Assembly: GCA_001871685.1 (NCBI GenBank)
Contig: MNVK01000010.1
Coordinates: forward strand, 1-35,111
Source of the DNA: Nitrospirae bacterium CG1_02_44_142
GTDB lineage: Bacteria; Nitrospirota; Thermodesulfovibrionia; Thermodesulfovibrionales; UBA1546
Direction: 5' to 3'
DNA length: 35,111 nt
Shown: piece after piece, positions 31,887 through 35,111 of the stretch
Position numbering within the stretch: position 1 is the stretch's first letter
Layout: every line of letters begins with the position of its first letter
Position numbers and translations under genes: made by a program
The notes under the pieces: model-generated
Told to the model about the DNA's origin: nothing
The model's input: only the letters and a program-made list of their open reading frames with translations
Databases searched by the model: none

Positions 31887-33365
31887 ATGATGGAAGAAAT
31901 TAACGAGTTAATAGAACAGCGGATTAAAAAACTTGACGAGCTCAAGGCGTTAGGCGTAGAGCCTTTCGGCGGCAGTTTTGACATAAAGGACTACGCTGAA
32001 GATTTAATTAATAAACACGGTTCTACAGCCAAAGAGGAACTGGAGGCGTCCCCTGTTCAGTGCGTAATAGCCGGAAGAATAATCATGATGCGGGATTTCG
32101 GGAAGGCTGCATTTGCGCATGTGCAGGATTCAACCGCAAAAATTCAAATTTATTTCAGAAAAGATATTCTGAATGAAAAATACAGCGTGGTTAAAAAACT
32201 GGATATCGGCGACATTATCGGCATAAGCGGAAAGCTCTTCAGGACCAGGACAAATGAACTTACAATAGAGGTTGATGACTTCACATTTCTCACAAAATCA
32301 CTGCGGCCACTGCCTGAGAAGTGGCACGGCCTTAAAGACATAGAAACGCGGTACAGGCAGAGGTATGTGGACCTTATTGTCAATCCGGAAGTTAAAGAAA
32401 CATTCAAGAAAAGAAGCACGATTATAAAGGCCGTGAGGGATTTTCTGGAGACAAAGGGTTTTATTGAAGTAGAGACGCCTATGATGCACCAGATACCGGG
32501 AGGCGCGGCTGCAAGGCCTTTTAAGACCCATCACAATGCCCTGGATATAGAACTATATCTCCGGATTGCCCCTGAGCTTTACCTTAAGAGACTCCTTGTG
32601 GGAGGGTATGAAAAAGTTTATGAACTCAACAAAAATTTCAGGAATGAAGGCATCTCAACGAAACATAACCCTGAGTTTTCAATGCTTGAGTTTTATATTG
32701 CATACAAAGACTACAATTATCTCATGTCTCTGACAGAAGAGCTTATCTCTTATGCGGCAGAAAAGACTCTTGGAACTTTGAAAGTTTCATTTGGAGACGA
32801 AGATATAGATTTTACGCCACCATGGGACAGGATGCCTTTTCTTGATTCTCTGACTCAGAAGGGCGTGCCCGCAGATATTATGAACGATATTGACAAGGCG
32901 GCGGCCTGGGCCAAGGCGAATAAGATTGGAATAGACAAGGGCGCCTCGCTCGGGAAGGTTCTTGATGAGATTTTCAAAGAAAAGGTTGAGCCGTATCTCA
33001 TACAGCCGACATTCATAATTGATTATCCTGTTGAACTCTCGCCGCTTGCTAAGAGGAAGAAAGACAGCCCGGGGCTTGTAGAGAGGTTTGAACTCTTTGT
33101 TTCAGGGAGGGAGATAGCCAACGCATTCTCGGAACTCAACGACCCGATGGACCAGCGGGAGAGATTTCAGAGGCAGGTGGAGGCAAAGGAAAAGGGAGAC
33201 GAGGAGACCATGTGGATGGACGAGGATTTTATCCGCGCCCTTGAACACGGGATGCCCCCTGCGGCAGGCGAGGGCATAGGAATTGACAGGCTCGTTATGC
33301 TTCTTACAAATTCACAGTCCATAAGGGATGTAATCCTTTTCCCTCAGTTAAAGCCGGAGGCATGA
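31887..33365 (+). CDS. lysS: Lysyl-tRNA synthetase, class II
   Basis: 492 aa. It has an OB-fold N-terminal domain and class II motifs (YLRIAPELYLKRL, FRNEGIS..HNPEFSMLE, GEGIGIDRLVMLL). Confidence 0.95.
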   Translation: MMEEINELIEQRIKKLDELKALGVEPFGGSFDIKDYAEDLINKHGSTAKEELEASPVQCVIAGRIIMMRDFGKAAFAHVQDSTAKIQIYFRKDILNEKYSVVKKLDIGDIIGISGKLFRTRTNELTIEVDDFTFLTKSLRPLPEKWHGLKDIETRYRQRYVDLIVNPEVKETFKKRSTIIKAVRDFLETKGFIEVETPMMHQIPGGAAARPFKTHHNALDIELYLRIAPELYLKRLLVGGYEKVYELNKNFRNEGISTKHNPEFSMLEFYIAYKDYNYLMSLTEELISYAAEKTLGTLKVSFGDEDIDFTPPWDRMPFLDSLTQKGVPADIMNDIDKAAAWAKANKIGIDKGASLGKVLDEIFKEKVEPYLIQPTFIIDYPVELSPLAKRKKDSPGLVERFELFVSGREIANAFSELNDPMDQRERFQRQVEAKEKGDEETMWMDEDFIRALEHGMPPAAGEGIGIDRLVMLLTNSQSIRDVILFPQLKPEA

Positions 33366-33401
33366 GTAATCTGCCTGAAGTAATGTTATAATAGCGTAAC
33401 G

Positions 33402-33860
33402 ATGAAAGCGAAAATACTTATAACCATTTTCCTAATCCTGTCTGTCAATGCCTGGGCGCAGGAGAGATACGCGGAGAAGGTGAAGTGGCTCCATCTCAAA
33501 GAAGGAATTGAGAAGGCGAGGATTGAGAAAAAGCCTATGCTTGTTGATTTTGCTGTCCCAAAGGGATGCCCGAGATGCGATTTCCTCCAGAAAAATGTTT
33601 ACAGCAAGGATGAGATTGTCAGAAAGATAAATTCCGATTTTGTTCCGATTTTCATAGACCTTTCCGGAAAGTTAACGCCGGAGGAAAGTGCTCTCGGAGA
33701 AAAATACGATTTCAAGAACGACTGTCTGCTGCTTTTCCTGAATTACAACGGCAAGGTGATAAAAGACCCTGAGGCAGGGCAGATGTGTTTTGCAGATAAG
33801 ATTGAGCCTGATGTGTTCATAAAGTATCTTGACAGCGTAAAAAGCAAAGCAGTTAAATAA
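33402..33860 (+). CDS. Secreted thioredoxin-fold protein (CxxC)
   Basis: 152 aa. It has the signal peptide MKAKILITIFLILSVNAWA. KPMLVDFAVPKGCPRCDFL contains CPRC in a thioredoxin-like context. Confidence 0.65.
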   Translation: MKAKILITIFLILSVNAWAQERYAEKVKWLHLKEGIEKARIEKKPMLVDFAVPKGCPRCDFLQKNVYSKDEIVRKINSDFVPIFIDLSGKLTPEESALGEKYDFKNDCLLLFLNYNGKVIKDPEAGQMCFADKIEPDVFIKYLDSVKSKAVK

Positions 33861-33919
33861 CTCAGGAATTAAATAACTCCTCTATCTTCTTCCCTCATGC
33901 TGTCACTTAGTCCTTTTTT

Positions 33920-33957
33920 GTCATTGCGAGTCCCGAGCGGCTCGGGACGAAGCAATC
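33920..33957. repeat. GTCATTGCGAG-hairpin-GAAGCAATC repeat unit
   Basis: The sequence is GTCATTGCGAG TCCCGAGC-GG-CTCGGGA CGAAGCAATC. It shares the GTCATTGCGAG head with 26365-26375 and 26471-26481 (reverse). It shares the CCCGAGC hairpin with 28970-28984. Confidence 0.75.
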
Positions 33958-34020
33958 TCGCTTTTGTCCGTTACGGCAAACTCAGGATGGTAATTTTCAC
34001 CTCCCTTCTTAAAAACCTTG

Positions 34021-34029
34021 TGGTATAAT
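34021..34029 (+). promoter_or_regulatory. Extended -10 promoter element (TGgTATAAT) upstream of the TPR gene
   Basis: TGGTATAAT lies at 34021-34029, about 66 nt upstream of the ATG at 34095. No good -35 element is present. Confidence 0.4.
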
Positions 34030-34056
34030 GGGACAAGTTAAACAGTATTTTTCAAT

Positions 34057-34084
34057 CCCCTCTTTTTAAAGAGGGGTGAGGGGA
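34057..34084. repeat. G/C-run palindrome (CCCCTCTTT-TT-AAAGAGGGG-TGA-GGGGA) in the TPR gene leader
   Basis: It has the same general architecture as 12205-12249 and 29007-29049, except that the inner stem is CCCCTCTTT/AAAGAGGGG. Confidence 0.65.
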
Positions 34085-34094
34085 GATTACTAAA

Positions 34095-35111
34095 ATGAAA
34101 CAATTTATTAAGTTCCTTTCTATCGCAGTTATTGCCTTCCTATTTTTAACAGCCACGGCTTTTGCAGAAAAGGTCACATTCGTTAAGGAATACGATTACA
34201 ATGCAAGTGATTTAGACAGCAAGGTGTCCAGCCGGGCCATTGCATTAGAGCAGGTCAAACGACTCCTTCTCGAAGAACTGGGTACATATCTTATAAGTGA
34301 AACAGAGGTTAAAAACTTCAGATTAACAAAAGACCAGATTACTACTTATTCAGCAGGTGTTGTCAGCGCAGAGGTTGTTGATGAAAAATGGGACGGCAAG
34401 ACCTATTACCTCAAGGCAAAGGTCGCAGCAGACCCTGTGGAAGTGGCTAAATCTCTGCAAAACATTGCTAATGACAAGCAGAAGTCAAAGGACTTAGAGG
34501 ACATAAGAAAAAAAGCAACAAAGTTTTCAAAGGAAATTGAGAGATTAAAAAAAGAACTGGAAATAGCAAAGGCGGATACCAAGAAGCCGGAACAAAAAGC
34601 AGACGCAAAGAAGGACGAAGGCAAAGTTTATACTAATCAGGATTTGATTAAGCAATATAATCAGGCTGTAAAAGGATTAAGTGCGACGACAGAAACTCTT
34701 CATGATATGTTTATAAAGAGGGTAACTGCATGGGATTGGTTTGATAAGGGCAATGCTTTTTTAGAATCAAGGAATTACAACGATGCCATAAATGCCTATA
34801 ACAAGGCAATTCAATTAAATCCTAATAACGATGTGGCTTACCTCAAGCGTGGGGTTGCTCACTTTAACTTGGGCAACTATCAGCAGGCAATAAATGACTA
34901 TAACATGGCAATAAATGACTATAACATGGCAATTCAACTAAACCCTCAATATGCAGATACTTACAACGGTCGTGGGGTTGCTTACGGTAAATTAGGTAAC
35001 TCTCAGAAGGCTATAAATGACTTTAACAAGGCAATTGAATTAAACCCTCAATATGCAGAGGCATACAGCAATCGTGCAGTTGTTTACTTTAAGTTGGGGG
35101 ATGAACATAAA
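34095..35111 (+). CDS. Secreted TPR-repeat protein, 5' part (runs off the right edge)
   Basis: Not in the ORF track because it is open-ended. I translated by hand from the ATG at 34095 and found 339 codons with no stop. The product has the signal peptide MKQFIKFLSIAVIAFLFLTATAFA, a charged coiled segment, and then TPR units (AINAYNKAIQLNPNN, AINDFNKAIELNPQYAEAY). Confidence 0.8.
   Translation, partial: MKQFIKFLSIAVIAFLFLTATAFAEKVTFVKEYDYNASDLDSKVSSRAIALEQVKRLLLEELGTYLISETEVKNFRLTKDQITTYSAGVVSAEVVDEKWDGKTYYLKAKVAADPVEVAKSLQNIANDKQKSKDLEDIRKKATKFSKEIERLKKELEIAKADTKKPEQKADAKKDEGKVYTNQDLIKQYNQAVKGLSATTETLHDMFIKRVTAWDWFDKGNAFLESRNYNDAINAYNKAIQLNPNNDVAYLKRGVAHFNLGNYQQAINDYNMAINDYNMAIQLNPQYADTYNGRGVAYGKLGNSQKAINDFNKAIELNPQYAEAYSNRAVVYFKLGDEHK
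34887..34928 (+). repeat. Perfect 21-nt tandem duplication inside a TPR unit
   Basis: GCAATAAATGACTATAACATG occurs at 34887-34907 and again at 34908-34928. This duplicates AINDYNM in frame. Confidence 0.9.

Noticed and set aside
1-35111. Search for a selenoprotein gene (in-frame TGA joining two adjacent same-frame ORFs) prompted by selC
   Set aside because: No pair of adjacent ORFs in the track looked like one gene split by a single TGA. I cannot exclude one without a SECIS search.

Overview
This is about 35 kb of bacterial chromosome. I cannot assign a lineage from sequence alone. The housekeeping backbone looks ordinary. It carries mnmG (partial), a yacP-like NYN gene, a PAP2 phosphatase, recR, a minus-strand holB-yaaT-metG-mtaD run, a pair of M16 peptidases, polX, tRNA-Leu(CAG), an alpha/beta hydrolase, tRNA-Sec (selC), uvrB, a dsrH/E/F-like + tusA sulfur-relay operon, a tandem USP, a P-type cation ATPase, lysS, a secreted thioredoxin-like protein and a partial TPR protein.

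Two visibly AT-richer accessory islands interrupt this backbone.

Island 1 (163-7462) holds two amino-methyltransferases and a large HNH endonuclease, which look like a type IIS-like R-M system. Next comes a tightly coupled 4-TM protein plus a stand-alone ComEC-like metallo-beta-lactamase (MBL), then a 2-TM protein, then a MazF/RHH toxin-antitoxin pair. The 4-TM + MBL pair, possibly with the 2-TM gene, is my best candidate for an undescribed defence system.

Island 2 (18028-20990) is a C-controlled MvaI/BcnI-family R-M system with clear C-box palindromes, an HTH-fused methyltransferase and an orphan VapB-like antitoxin.

A second unusual layer is a set of small repeats. These are tandem heptanucleotide arrays and G/C-run nested palindromes, often arranged as hairpins. 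Several sit in frame inside conserved genes (metG, holB, an M16 peptidase, the P-type ATPase), and others form MITE-like composites in intergenic regions.

No CRISPR array, rRNA, integrase or transposase was seen. All family assignments come from motif recognition by eye. No database search was run.
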